DNA from: Candidatus Bathyarchaeota archaeon
GTDB lineage: Archaea; Thermoproteota; Bathyarchaeia; 40CM-2-53-6
Assembly: GCA_963833125.1 (NCBI GenBank)
Contig: CAWHWX010000018.1
Coordinates: forward strand, 64,001-128,000
Length of the DNA: 64,000 nt
Direction of reading: 5' to 3'
Shown: in pieces, positions 32,355-43,800 of the stretch
Numbering within the stretch: position 1 is the first letter of the stretch
Layout: the number at the start of each line of letters is the position of its first letter
Notes under the pieces: model-generated
Told to the model about the DNA's origin: nothing
The model's input: the letters and a program-made list of their open reading frames with translations, nothing else
The model's database searches: none
Made by a program: the position numbers and the translations under genes

Positions 32355-33068
32355 CTATTGCCATCCGCGTTTTCCTCTCATAGGCACAAAAGCCACACCT
32401 CCAAGATTCTCACGCCTCAAGCCGCCATCAGGCTTTTTTCTCACTCGGAAGAGTTCTTGATAGAATTGGGCTCCGCCGACCGGTATGATCAAGGTCCCAG
32501 CTGGGTTGAGTTGACCAGTTAGTTCGACTGGGATTTCCGGAGCAGAACTTGTAACGATGATCAAATCGAATTTTCCATTTTCATTGAGGCCCTCGGACGC
32601 ATCCGCGGCAACGAAGGTAACCCTTTCAGAGTATCCTAATCGTTCTACATTCATTCTTCCAAACTCAGCTAACTGCTCTATGATCTCAGCCGACCATACG
32701 TGTCCCCAAGCCTTCTTTGGTTGCTCAAGGGGGGCGACAACTTCAGCATATACGCAGCTCATATAGCCGCAACCTCCTCCAACTTCGAGCACTCGCTGGC
32801 CGAGTTTCATCTCTCCATACTCGCAGAAAAGAGCCGTCATGTGAAGCGCGCTTGTAGTCTGTCCATAGCCAATCGATATTGGTGAGTCAATGTACGCGTA
32901 TGACCTGGCTTCCTGCGGTAGGAACTCTTCGCGAGGAACTTTCTCCATCGCTCGAATTATGTTTCGATCCTTGAGCAGTCCCTCATTCTTGAGCTCTGCG
33001 ACCGCTTGCCTCCTCAACTCTGCGAAGCCCTTCAATTTCCCCTGAACCATAGGCCGAAGATGGGCCAA
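32355..33068 (-). CDS. pcm: protein-L-isoaspartate O-methyltransferase
   Basis: VPREEF, IGYGQTTS, VLEVGGGCGY, VAFVPM. Confidence 0.9.
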   Translation of the reverse strand: MAHLRPMVQGKLKGFAELRRQAVAELKNEGLLKDRNIIRAMEKVPREEFLPQEARSYAYIDSPISIGYGQTTSALHMTALFCEYGEMKLGQRVLEVGGGCGYMSCVYAEVVAPLEQPKKAWGHVWSAEIIEQLAEFGRMNVERLGYSERVTFVAADASEGLNENGKFDLIIVTSSAPEIPVELTGQLNPAGTLIIPVGGAQFYQELFRVRKKPDGGLRRENLGGVAFVPMRGKRGWQ

Positions 33069-33115
33069 TAAACGTTCAAAAGCCTATTTCCAACCAAGGA
33101 AGTCGATCATCAGGG

Positions 33116-33541
33116 TTGCAATTCGTCGAAGATCTATTCGCCCAAGGTCACGCCAACGTACTAGGAACGCATAGAATGACCTTTGAGATAACACGAGAGC
33201 CTGAGTTATCGAGACGCGGGGACTGTGTTATCGCTGTTAACGCGACAAAGGGGCCACGAGAAATGTCGCCTCAATTCAAGAAAGCCTGCACGCGAGAAGG
33301 GTGTAGAATAGTCGTAGAACTGGAGGTTGAAGGCTTATTTGACGTTATTCGAGGCGAAGGGTGTCCGGAGCTTAGCTTTACTCACCCAACCGAAATGGTT
33401 GGGAGGAAGTCCTCGTACACATCGGATAGAACAATAATGGTGAGAGCCGACAAAGCTGCATGTGACCTCGATAGGCGACTGATAAAGGCTTTGAAATCTC
33501 CCGAGACTAGGCTAATCGTCCACATTATCGCTGAGGTCTAG
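33116..33541 (+). CDS. DUF371 domain protein
   Basis: GHANVLGTHRMTFEIT, GDCVIAV, ADKAACDL. Confidence 0.88.
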   Translation: MQFVEDLFAQGHANVLGTHRMTFEITREPELSRRGDCVIAVNATKGPREMSPQFKKACTREGCRIVVELEVEGLFDVIRGEGCPELSFTHPTEMVGRKSSYTSDRTIMVRADKAACDLDRRLIKALKSPETRLIVHIIAEV

Positions 33542-33543
33542 CT

Positions 33544-34632
33544 TCAAACAACGGCGGCGTCTATGGCCACCTGGACTCTACCTGGAGCAATCTCCCGGAT
33601 CTGCTCATGAAAATTAAAGGACTTCACTTCTCTCTTCTCAGCCGCGACCGAAGATCGGAATGACTTTGTGATCGAGTCAACGCTCGTATCTCTCTGCGCA
33701 AACTGATAGAAATGTATCAGTCCCCTTCCTTCTTCAAGATTCGAAGGGCTGCATCGATGTAATTCCGTGCTTCGGACGGCAGATTCATGATGACCCTGTC
33801 AGCGATCCCATGCACCTTAGCTTCTGAAAAGTACCTTACGTCTCCCAGCAACGGTGTTACGCGGTCAGCTACGCCATTGGCGAAAACATTCTCTTGGAGA
33901 TATGCGATCGCTGAAGGATTAATGTCAATAGAGTGCACTCTCGAAGAATGCTGGCGTTTGGCGATTAGAACTGAGTAGGGGCCAACCCCCGCGAACATAT
34001 CGACAACAACTTCATTCTCCTTAACCTGTTCCGCTACCCGAAGTCTTTCGTGAGAAAGTCTCGGGTTGAAATACACAGCAGACACGTCGAGATGGTAACT
34101 GCAAGAGAACTCACGGTGAACCGTTTCCATACCACCGGACCCAGCCAAAACCTGCAGATTCCGTGTTCGAAACTTTCCTGTGACATCCCCAAGTTTTTTG
34201 ACGACTAACCGAACGTTGGGATTGAGTTGGAGTATGCCCATACCAATTTCTGTCGCAAATGGTTCTAGCTCAGGGCGGAGATCGATGACTGCTATGTCAC
34301 CGATAACGTCGAAAGCGCGGGAGTATGGAAACAAACTGACTGGGAACTTGGCCAGCTACTGCCTCTTCTAGGTTCTTGGGACGGGAGGTTTTGGGTTCAA
34401 AGGGAACTTGCTGAATCTGAAAGGGGCCTAGCTCTCTCCTCAAAATGTCCTCTTGTTGGTCTGATGGACTGCGAATTAGCGGAATCATAATCATTCCCTG
34501 ATTTTTTCCAAGTTCATACCCATCTACCCCAAGTCCCATGTTCCTCAAGACTCCTAATGCCTTCTGGGCCTTTTGCATGGGCAAAACGAGTCCAGGAAGT
34601 ACTTTCAGCTTGCATCCATCCTGGTGTGTCAC
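33544..34632 (-). CDS. trm5: Trm5/Met-10+ family tRNA methyltransferase (frameshifts near 34325 and 33722)
   Basis: FDVIGDIAV, YFNPRLSHER, VDMFAGVGPY and RVIMNLP; C-terminus ...EIAPGRVQVAIDAAVV in a shifted frame. Confidence 0.85.
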
Positions 34633-34707
34633 TCGCCCTCGAATACCTGAAACAATCCTAAATACCCAAATGATGCTTTAATCAAAAGTCCGGTTGGGAT
34701 TTTAGGT

Positions 34708-35049
34708 TTGGTGCAATGGAAGCGAAGGGAAGAAGTGGTTGGCAAAGAAGTAATTGACGCTGATGCCAAGAAATTGGGCGTGACCAAGGACCTAGCTTGG
34801 TCCGACGACGGAAGAATGGCGTTGGTAATAGAATTTGGTGATGAAGACGAATTTTTCTTGTCATTCAATGAAATCGAAAGGATTGGCGATGTCGTCTTTG
34901 TGAAAGCCAAGTCTGCGTTGACCGCTGCCCCCTCAATAACCTGCCCAGTATGCAAACACAAGAATCTCTTGGAGGCAAAGTTTTGCGCGAAATGTGGTCG
35001 GACGTTGGAAGTGAAGGAAAAGAAGCGCTCGCAAGGTCAAATGCCTTAG
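34708..35049 (+). CDS. PRC-barrel plus zinc-ribbon protein
   Basis: VVGKEVIDADAKKLG...IERIGDVVFV and CPVC...FCAKCG. Confidence 0.8.
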   Translation: MVQWKRREEVVGKEVIDADAKKLGVTKDLAWSDDGRMALVIEFGDEDEFFLSFNEIERIGDVVFVKAKSALTAAPSITCPVCKHKNLLEAKFCAKCGRTLEVKEKKRSQGQMP

Positions 35050-35203
35050 ATTCTAGCAATTTGCGTGGATGGAAGTGGAGATGGGGCTTGTAATCGTTTG
35101 TGTCAGGATAGTATGCTTCAAGCTCGCTAGCTGACATGGTTTGCTGTATAATTAGCTAAAACCGCTTTTATTCCGACCGTATGATGCCCTGCGAGTGCAG
35201 TAG

Positions 35204-38076
35204 ATGTCGTTATCGATGTCAAGGATTTCTAGGAGGACCCTCGGTCTAGTCGCCTTAATCACAGGTTTGATCATACTCTCAACCATCGCTTCTATGTTTC
35301 TAACTCCTGCTGCAGCTGCAGTTGCACCTGCATCACCATCCAACATCCACACCGAAGCGGTGACTTCGATTAAGAAATTCGCTCTCAGTGAATGGACTGT
35401 TCCAACCTCAGCCTCTCAACCCTATGGTATAGGAGTGGACACAAATGGGCGAGTATGGTTTACGGAGAATGCGACTAACAAGCTTGCTAGATTTGACCCC
35501 ACAGACAACAACTTCACTGAATGGAACATTACGACGCCAAACAGTCAACCGCACAATGTATTCGTGAAATTGGTTAAGCTTACGAATACCTCAGTAACTC
35601 AAATATTCTTCACCGAATTTGGCGCGAACAAGATTGCCCGATTTGATTCCTCCACAAACAACCTTACGGAATGGACCCTTCCCGTTGGAAGCAATCCTGC
35701 GGGGATTTACGTGGACAACAACAACGACATCTGGTTCGCAGAGTCCGGTCGAGATATCATCGCACGCCTGACCCCAAGCACGAGTCATCTCACGGAGTGG
35801 GCACTTCCGGGCGCCACCTCAACACCTGGGACTCCGTTATTGAAGCCCTGGGGTATCTACGTTCAAGTTGTCACTACACCGTCCTATAGCAACCGATTCG
35901 TCTGGTTTACGGAGACCCTTGGAAACCAGATAGGACGGATAGAGGTCACAAGCAATCGACTGACTACCTGGGCTCTAACTGGTCTGGGGCATCAACCCAC
36001 GGATCTCGCTATAGCAGTATATCAAACTCTACCGGTTGCGATATTCACCGACGCTAACAACTTTATCTCTGTTCTTGGGAACGATACTGGCGGCGGCTCG
36101 GAGTATTATGAGACCGCCGGGGGACTGCCTTCGCTGAATGCAGGCCCGATGGGGGTCGCGTATGATTCTCCGCGGAACGCTGCTTGGTTTGCTGAGAACA
36201 ATGTTGGAAATATTGCCAACCTCAACGTGAGTATAGCCAGCATATTTGCTGGGCAGCTCTTCACCCCAACTTATTGTACCATCGCACCGCAAGCAGGGTC
36301 CCCAAGCTGCACTGCTCCCTCAGCAATGGCGTCGAGCAATGTTACTCAGTCCATGAATAGGCTGGTCGGGGTGTCGAAAATCCAAAGCCCCGCTACAACA
36401 ACCGTCGGCATTCATCAGGGGCCTATCGACGGAGTCACGGAATACAGCCTCCCTACCAACACTTCAAGGCCGGCCTATGTCGCTATAGATACGCAAGGTA
36501 ATGTTTGGTTTACCGAGAACAACGCTACGGCTAACAGAATAGGCCGTTTTGGTGTTCCATACGTCTTTCAACTAGCAGCAACTCCAAGCCTGCAGACCAT
36601 AAACCCCGGAAATTCAACTACCTTCGCTTTGAACGTCAGTCTCTCAAGTGGTTTGCGCAACCTCTTCAACTCAGCCTCCTTAACACACCTACAGGCGTAA
36701 CAGCCGTTTTCACTCCGCAGTCGCAAAACCCGCCATTTACTTCAACACTCACATTCACTACGACAAATTCAACTCCTACTGGGACCTTTCCGATGACCGT
36801 TGGGGCAAGCAGTGGAGGTCAGGTTCAAACTGCACTAATCACGCTCAGGATTCAAGCAGTTGTGCCGCCGCCCCCGCCGTCTTTCGACTATAGTGTCGGT
36901 GTTACGGGACCGACAACCGCGACTGTGACTCAGGGCGGTTCAGCCTCATTTGGACTAGCAATAACTCTCCTGAGTGGCAATCCTCAGGCCGTGAATCTCA
37001 CTGCTTCGGGATTTCCGTCCGGTGTTAGTTACTCCTTCACCAACCCCGGAGGACAGCCATCCTTCACCTCAACGATCAACGTGTTTACAACTGTGAATAC
37101 TCCCGGAGGAACTTACCCGATCACCATCACTGGAAAGACGAGCGCCGGTCTAACACACACCGCAACTCCGGGGCCGGTGTTAACGATAATCGAACTTCCA
37201 CGTGACTTCAACATCACCGCGCCCGTTACTCAGCTTGTTCTCGTTCAGAGTTCGAGAACCTCAACGACGATAACCCTCCAATCAATTGGTTACTTCAACG
37301 GCAACGTCACTTTGAGCGGTACATTCTCACCATCCTCTGGGCTCCAGGTGACCTTCACACCAACCGCCATTCCCCTACAACCAAATGGTGGTATTGCGCA
37401 GGACTCGATGGTAATAACCGCGCCCAAGAATACGGTGGGGACTTACCAGCTTACCGTAACAGGAGCAAGCACTACTCCATCGCGTACTCATCAACTGGTG
37501 ATAAGCGTCCAGGTCTCCCCATGCCTCATCGCAACGGCAACTTACGGATCAGAACTTGCACCACAGGTACAATTCCTTAGAGACTTCCGCGACCAACAAA
37601 TCATGAACACCTTCGCAGGATCAACCTTCATGGCAGCTTTCAACACATGGTACTATTCCTTCAGCCCCACCATAGCCAAGTATGAATCTACAAGCCCCAG
37701 CTCAAGAGCGGTTGCCAAAGCGGTACTCTATCCGTTGATTGGAATACTGCAAATCTCATCATCCACCTTCAGACTATTCGGCTTCGCACCGGAATTCGCG
37801 GCGTTGGTCAGTGGTTTGTTGGCAGGTTCCTTAATCGGCCTCGCGTACTTCGCATTCCCAGCTTTCTGTACACTTTGGCTACTGAAGCGAAGACTTAGCA
37901 CAGAAGCGAAGGGCAGAGTTATCAAAGTAATGATCCTAGGGTTTGTCACACTGCTGTTCACTTTCGTGATTTCCGAAGCCTTTGCGTTGCCTGTGTCGAT
38001 GATGATTTCCAGCGCGGGTCTCGTGCTTGCGGCCCTACTGGCAGGGAGTCTCTTCTCCCTGCTCTCGCTGCTATAG
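35204..38076 (+). CDS. large secreted/membrane-anchored protein: Vgb-lyase-like beta-propeller, Ig-like repeats and CFI-box-CTERM (frameshift near 36650)
   Basis: Signal peptide; repeated P.GI.VD..G.VWFTE..NKIARF..TEW; F.L.V.P.. Ig-like repeats; CLIATATYGSELAPQVQFLRDFRD; C-terminal TM helices. Confidence 0.8.
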
Positions 38077-38095
38077 AATACATTAAACAAAGAGC

Positions 38096-39353
38096 CTAAG
38101 CGTTCACACCAGTCATGTGCAGCGACTTTCTTGCCTCTTGAAGCACACGAACTGAAACTTCGCGTACCGGAAGAGAGAGTGTTCGGGCGATCGAATCCAA
38201 ATCCTCGAACTCAGGTTTCATTCCAAGAACCTCTCCCGATTTGTCCCTCGCGATCTTTATTCTCACATTAAACATCTTATCGGCCAACCGTACTTGGATG
38301 GTTACTATTTCCCTCTCACGAATGAATCGATTCCATTGCTGATGCCTGACGCCAAGCGTGCCTGTTTCCGTCATGATAATCTCGGTGATTTTCTTCAAAT
38401 CGTTCGGGCTACAGAGCGCGTGTAATACGTAGCCTGGGCGGTTTTTCTTGAATTGAGCCGAAGTGACCCATGCATCTTTTGCTCCGGATTCGAGAATGCG
38501 TTGCAACGTACTGCCAACTATTTCTCCGGACACATCATCCAGATTGGTCTCGAGTACTTCAACTTGGTCGGATTCAAGGCTCTGTTCTTCGCTTTGGCCA
38601 ATGACAACCGCGGAGCATGTTTGGGGAGGACGCTAATTCTTTCTGTCCTGCACCATACCCTACTCGTTCAGGAATCATTGAAGGAGATCGTTCAAGGAAA
38701 CTGTCTGTCAGGTTGGCGAGCATGGAAATGCCGGTTGGAGTGGTCAATTCCTCATTCGCCGGGCCGCCCACTATCGGGACGTGATACCTACGTACAACTT
38801 CGAGTACCGCTGGTGCTGGGACTGACACTGTCCCGTGTGAGAAAGTGACCGAACCGCCGCCGACGGCAACAGGGGACGAGTAAATCTTTCCTTCGAAAAC
38901 ATTCAACGAATCACATGCGGTCGCCGTGCCGAATATGTCAGCGAGTGTATCAGCCGAGCCTGCTTCGTGTAGATGTACCTTCGAGATCTCGTCACCGTGA
39001 AGTTTGCTCTCAACCTCGGTCAGGGTTCTAATGGAATTCTTTGCGAATGATATCGCGTTTTTGCTGAGTTTCGAAGAATTCGCGATTGCGTCAGTTGCGC
39101 GGACAAGTTCCTGTGCCATGGTTTCGTCAGGTTGCTCAGCAATCGTTAATTCCGCACGGCACGCTCGGAAACCGTGTTTCTTCACTTCCTTCGCGTCAAG
39201 TTTGATTGATTTGCACCGCGGGAAATATCTCGGTATCAGATCCAGCGTCCGCTGAATCGATTCGAGTTTTGCGCCGGCATCGATCAGAGCGCCCAGCAAC
39301 ATATCGCCTGATATGCCCGCTGTCTGCGCGTCGATGAACGCGATTGTTGTCAA
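38096..39353 (-). CDS. larC: nickel pincer cofactor biosynthesis protein LarC (frameshift near 38610)
   Basis: GISGDMLLGALID, HLHEAG, ELTTPTG, GYGAG; shifted frame LETNLDDVSGE, KKNRPG, ETGTLGVR, KPEFED. Confidence 0.9.
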
Positions 39354-39439
39354 GGTTACGGTTGTCCAATCAACAGGTTTGATGTGTTCAGGTTTTTCGT
39401 AAATGAGTTGTCTGATCGGTTGATTCGTGCTTTCGATAG

Positions 39440-39823
39440 CTAGGCGCGGTGAGCAATGACGTCAATCTCGATGAGCATGTTTGGAAGGGGCAAATTAGCT
39501 TGTACTGTTGTTCTGCTGGGCGGGTTTTGCTCGAAAAATGATTTGTAAACTTCATTCATGTTCTTGAAATCGCTCATATCCTTCAGAAAGATTGATGCTT
39601 TTACTACATCGACCATTGATAGGCCTGAGGCTTCCAGTATGTTCCGCACATTTGTAAGTGTCTGTTTCGTTTGAGTTTCGATGTCCGACCCGACTATTTT
39701 TCCAGATCCTGGATCGATTGCACCCTGTCCAGATACGAAAAGGAAGCCATCGACCATGGTTGCCTGAGAGTATGGGCCAATGGGTTGAGGGGCCTTTTGT
39801 GTTCTGATGATTTGTTTGTCCAT
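39440..39823 (-). CDS. ridA: RidA family reactive-imine deaminase
   Basis: APQPIGPYSQA, FVSGQ, PPSRTTV, IEIDVIA. Confidence 0.93.
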   Translation of the reverse strand: MDKQIIRTQKAPQPIGPYSQATMVDGFLFVSGQGAIDPGSGKIVGSDIETQTKQTLTNVRNILEASGLSMVDVVKASIFLKDMSDFKNMNEVYKSFFEQNPPSRTTVQANLPLPNMLIEIDVIAHRA

Positions 39824-39846
39824 TGTATGTTCACACGATGAATTGT

Positions 39847-40125
39847 TTAGCTTGCAGATTTTAGATTAAACGGCCTGCCGTCTTCAAGCGTTTTCTGGGG
39901 AATTTGGCTTTTCCATTTTTGCAGGAACGGTACATCTTCATTCTGCTCTCTCAGCTCGTCCGGTAGCATGTGTGGTATTTCATCAATGATTGGGTACCAG
40001 CGGTTGCATTTGGGACAGGTGATCATTCCAGCGTTGACTTCTTCCTTTTCTTCGAATACAAGCAATTCGAGAGGATAGAACTTGTCAATCGGGCAGGCCA
40101 GTATGTCCATTAACTTCCGCTTCAA
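39847..40125 (-). CDS. Trm112 family protein
   Basis: LMDILACPIDK...CPKCNRWYPIIDEIPHMLP. Confidence 0.88.
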   Translation of the reverse strand: MKRKLMDILACPIDKFYPLELLVFEEKEEVNAGMITCPKCNRWYPIIDEIPHMLPDELREQNEDVPFLQKWKSQIPQKTLEDGRPFNLKSAS

Positions 40126-40192
40126 TACTCAACCAACCAGGCAGTTAGAGTCAACTATCCACTGAAATATACCACTTTCTAGGTCGAAAGGG

Positions 40193-40561
40193 ATGCAACC
40201 CTTGGCTACATCAGATTCCATGCAAGAATTCAGGGCTAGAGTAGTGCATTTAATCGTCGATGGTAGTCCGGAGCGTGCGTTGCGGTTACTCGCCAAATAT
40301 TATGAAGTAAGCGAGCCTACTCTTCGTGTGGGGACCGTTAAGCGCCATCGCAAGGTTTTGGCTTGCTACGTTGAGAAGGAACGTAGAATTTACTTGTCAA
40401 ACAGTAGTTTCGTGACGAACCCGTTTGTTATCTTGCATGAATTCTACCATCACCTGAGAGCCTCGAACCAGGGAAGGAGCAGGCAGGTTGAGAAGCGAGC
40501 CGATTTATTCGCTTGGAGCTTCATCCGGGATTTTAGAGCCGATGGCAGCAATTTTACGTGA
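40193..40561 (+). CDS. small HExxH putative zinc metallopeptidase
   Basis: VILHEFYHH...EKRADLFA. Confidence 0.65.
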   Translation: MQPLATSDSMQEFRARVVHLIVDGSPERALRLLAKYYEVSEPTLRVGTVKRHRKVLACYVEKERRIYLSNSSFVTNPFVILHEFYHHLRASNQGRSRQVEKRADLFAWSFIRDFRADGSNFT

Positions 40562-41522
40562 CGGAAGATATAGGCATTGGTATCGTTTGTCCGGATGATC
40601 CGGCTTTCAGAACAACCTCGCATATCTCCACCGCCCTCAGGCCGTCTTCCCCGTTAACCATGAATGGTTTGTTGTTGAGGATAGAGTCAGCGAAATGTGC
40701 AAGTTCTATTCGTAAGGGCTCTTGTTTCTCCAGGTTTGGTTTAATTGATCTCTCGGCATCTTCAATAGAGATTTCTTGCGATAGATAATCGAGCTGAACT
40801 GTGGCATCACTTCCCGTAACGATCAGTGTTCTAGTCTTTCTTGGGGTTAACCAGTTTGCATCGATGAAAGCTGTCCCGCCGTTTTTGAATTCGAGCATAA
40901 TTTCGGCGTAATCTTCTTTGGTGTGACGCACGCTGCCCGTTTTGGCGTGGACAGATCTAGCTTCGTCTCCAAATATGTAGCGTGCCAAGTCGATGTCATG
41001 AATGGCGGTGTCCCGAACGACGCCAACATCTCCGATTCTTTCAGGCCACCTACCAACGCGTCTTGCGTGAAAGAGGGTTACGGTTCCTAGTTTGTGTTCG
41101 TCGAGGAGTGATTTTAGGTAGACGACGGGCGGATTGAATCGCTCAATGTGACCCGGCATCAATCTGAGGCCACTTTGAGAAGCCAGTGTAATTAGCTCGC
41201 GAGCTTCAGATACCGTATTTGTCATTGGTTTTTCAACCATAGTGTGTTTCCCTGCGAGCAGCGCCTGGGTAGCGATTTTCTTATGGGTTATTGTGGGTGT
41301 GCAGATAGTTACGGCGTCAATATCGGTGCGCGAGAGCGTCTCATCGAGATTCGTAGAGTAGGGTACATGAAATTCGGAGGCGACTGCTTGTGCTCTCCGC
41401 TCATCGACATCGCAGATGCACATGAGCTGTGTCTGGTCGAGTTGGGATAGCACCCGAGCCTGATTCTTTCCCCAAAAACCGGTACCAATTACTGCGCTAC
41501 GGAGTTTCTTCACCGCGTCCAT
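40554..41522 (-). CDS. Gfo/Idh/MocA oxidoreductase (nucleotide-sugar 3-dehydrogenase-like)
   Basis: VIGTGFWG, VEKP, GHIERFNP, DTAIHDID. Confidence 0.88.
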   Translation of the reverse strand: MDAVKKLRSAVIGTGFWGKNQARVLSQLDQTQLMCICDVDERRAQAVASEFHVPYSTNLDETLSRTDIDAVTICTPTITHKKIATQALLAGKHTMVEKPMTNTVSEARELITLASQSGLRLMPGHIERFNPPVVYLKSLLDEHKLGTVTLFHARRVGRWPERIGDVGVVRDTAIHDIDLARYIFGDEARSVHAKTGSVRHTKEDYAEIMLEFKNGGTAFIDANWLTPRKTRTLIVTGSDATVQLDYLSQEISIEDAERSIKPNLEKQEPLRIELAHFADSILNNKPFMVNGEDGLRAVEICEVVLKAGSSGQTIPMPISSVT

Positions 41523-42907
41523 AGCCCCCTGCCAACCCCCCGGTACACTAGTCCACTTTTCTCCACGCTAGCCGGGTCAAGAAGTCCGGTGCAGTCTACA
41601 ATCAGTCCTTTCTTAGACATGTGTGCTGCAAGTTCAATAGTATCCATTTTCTTGAATTCGTCATGCGCCACGGTAACGATTACGCAGTCTGCCTTCTCAA
41701 CCGCCTTCCGCAGAGTCGGCTCAGAGGTTAAGCCGTAAGAATCCATCTCTGTCGCGGTAAATAGGGGGTCGTATGCAACTACTCGCGCTCCGCGTTTCTT
41801 CAATGTAGCAATCAGGTCAAGCGAAGGGGAGAAGCGGGTCTCTTTCACGTTCGGGCGATAGCTGATTCCCAGAACGACAACTTTGGCTCGTTTGAGTGAT
41901 CGCCCGCAGACACGTATCCCATCTGAAGCTAACTTGACAACGTGTCGAGGCATCAGATCGTTGATCTTTCGCCCATCGAGAACGAGTCTAAGTTTCGCAT
42001 CGAGTGTGTAAGTTTCACTGTGCAGCAGGTAAGGGTAGACAGGTAAACAATGGCCGCCAACGCCTACTCCAGTGGAGTGAAGGTGGGAGTATGGTTGACT
42101 GTTGGCTGCTCTCATTGTCTCCGGGTAGTCTACGCCTACTTCTTCGCAGAGCAATGCAAACTCGTTGGCGAGTGCAATATTCACGTCTCGGTATATGGTT
42201 TCGAAGAGCTTCGATAGTTCAGCCGTCCTAAAGTCCCGGACACGCAAGAGTTCCCCTTTCACGATGACGGAAATGGCTGCGCATCCAGCCTCGAGGCTTC
42301 TCTTATCCACCGCCCCTACGATTTTGCTGTAGGCTTGCATATCCTGAAGTGCTCTACCGCCCATTGCCCTAATCGGACTGTAAACCAGTCCGAACCCTTG
42401 CCCTGCGGTAAGGCCTGAATATTTTTCGAGCGTTCCCTTCACGACACGTTCGGTGACCCCAGGCCCACAAGTACTTTGGAAAATGACTAAGCTACCGTTC
42501 TTCAAACCTTTGCCAATACTTACGCATGCATCTTCAACGGCAGAATAGTCTGCCCTCTTCTGCCGATCAATCATGGTCGGGACTACGATGAAGATTATGT
42601 CGGAATTAGCAGCTGCCTCCTCGGTATTTGTGGTGGCCGAGAACTTGTTGGACCTGATTGCTTTCTTCAGCATAGCAGGGAGGCCTGGTTCATCGATCGG
42701 GGGATCACCCTTAGTGATCCTTTCAACAACCTTCGGATTCATGTCAGCCGCAATAACCCGTGCTCCAGCATCAGCATAGAGGCATGCGGTAGGTAAGCCC
42801 ATCCAACCCAAGCCTACCACCCCGATTGTGAGGTCGCCATCACGGATTCTGACTGCTATCTCGCCGGGTTCCAGTGAGAGTGGTCCTTGCGGATTTGTTG
42901 AGGACAT
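41510..42907 (-). CDS. nucleotide sugar dehydrogenase (UDP-GlcNAc/ManNAc 6-dehydrogenase family)
   Basis: GLGWMGLP, IVVPT, AELSKLFETIYRDVNIALANE, GVGGHCLP. Confidence 0.9.
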   Translation of the reverse strand: MSSTNPQGPLSLEPGEIAVRIRDGDLTIGVVGLGWMGLPTACLYADAGARVIAADMNPKVVERITKGDPPIDEPGLPAMLKKAIRSNKFSATTNTEEAAANSDIIFIVVPTMIDRQKRADYSAVEDACVSIGKGLKNGSLVIFQSTCGPGVTERVVKGTLEKYSGLTAGQGFGLVYSPIRAMGGRALQDMQAYSKIVGAVDKRSLEAGCAAISVIVKGELLRVRDFRTAELSKLFETIYRDVNIALANEFALLCEEVGVDYPETMRAANSQPYSHLHSTGVGVGGHCLPVYPYLLHSETYTLDAKLRLVLDGRKINDLMPRHVVKLASDGIRVCGRSLKRAKVVVLGISYRPNVKETRFSPSLDLIATLKKRGARVVAYDPLFTATEMDSYGLTSEPTLRKAVEKADCVIVTVAHDEFKKMDTIELAAHMSKKGLIVDCTGLLDPASVEKSGLVYRGVGRGLWTR

Positions 42908-42971
42908 CGAAATATCTTGGGTACGACGTCGAGAGAAATATTTAACTGTTTTTAACTCTACAAGAGTTAAC

Positions 42972-43793
42972 ATGTCATCAACTCGACTTATGGAGTACCT
43001 CCGGCAAGTAGGACTCACCACCTATGAATCGGAGGCATACATCGCCTTGCTCTCTAAGAGAGTGTTGACCGCGGAAGAGATCTCAAGAAGCACTTCAGTT
43101 CCAATAACGCGGGTGTACGGGACTCTCGAACAGTTAATGCAGAAAGGTTTCGCGAAAATTGTACAAGGCAGGCCGAAAAGATATCATGCCGTCTCACCCG
43201 AACAGGCAAAACGTGAATACGTAACTCACTTACGGCACAACTTCGAAGTGGAACTTGTTGCGATTGACGAAACGCTCAGGCATTTGCAAAGACAGGTGGA
43301 ACCAATCTATGTAGAAAGCCACCTCCAAGTGAAAGCAGAGGAGTTACTCGAACCTCTGGCTGACCTGCGGAGTATGGAAAATAGGACGAACAATTACCTT
43401 GAAAAAGCGGCTGACGAGGTGTTGATTTCTACGGCGTTGTTCTCATGGCTGCCGAAAATCAAGGTTCAACTGCGACGCGCTGTGAAAAGAGGTGTCAAGG
43501 TCAAGGTCCTGATGCAGTTTGAAGATAGCCAAGTGAAGAAGCAATTGGATGAGTTATCCGGGATCGGGATCCAATTTAGAGATTCCCCTGACCCCTGGCA
43601 TCCGGTCAGGGGAACATTGATCGATAACAGAGATCTCGTATTCCTGATATGGGCAGCCGAGGAGGTGGAACGTCACTGGAACCCTATCGTTTACACCCCC
43701 AACCATACGAAAAACCCTGGATTAATTCGGATCTTTCGTGAATCTTTCCTCCTAAGATGGGCTAATTCGGCCAAGGGATCACGGCGAGGTTGA
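42972..43793 (+). CDS. TrmB family transcriptional regulator
   Basis: GLTTYESEAYIALL, VPITRVYGTLEQL, GRPKRYHAVSP. Confidence 0.88.
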   Translation: MSSTRLMEYLRQVGLTTYESEAYIALLSKRVLTAEEISRSTSVPITRVYGTLEQLMQKGFAKIVQGRPKRYHAVSPEQAKREYVTHLRHNFEVELVAIDETLRHLQRQVEPIYVESHLQVKAEELLEPLADLRSMENRTNNYLEKAADEVLISTALFSWLPKIKVQLRRAVKRGVKVKVLMQFEDSQVKKQLDELSGIGIQFRDSPDPWHPVRGTLIDNRDLVFLIWAAEEVERHWNPIVYTPNHTKNPGLIRIFRESFLLRWANSAKGSRRG

Positions 43794-43800
43794 ACGTCAA

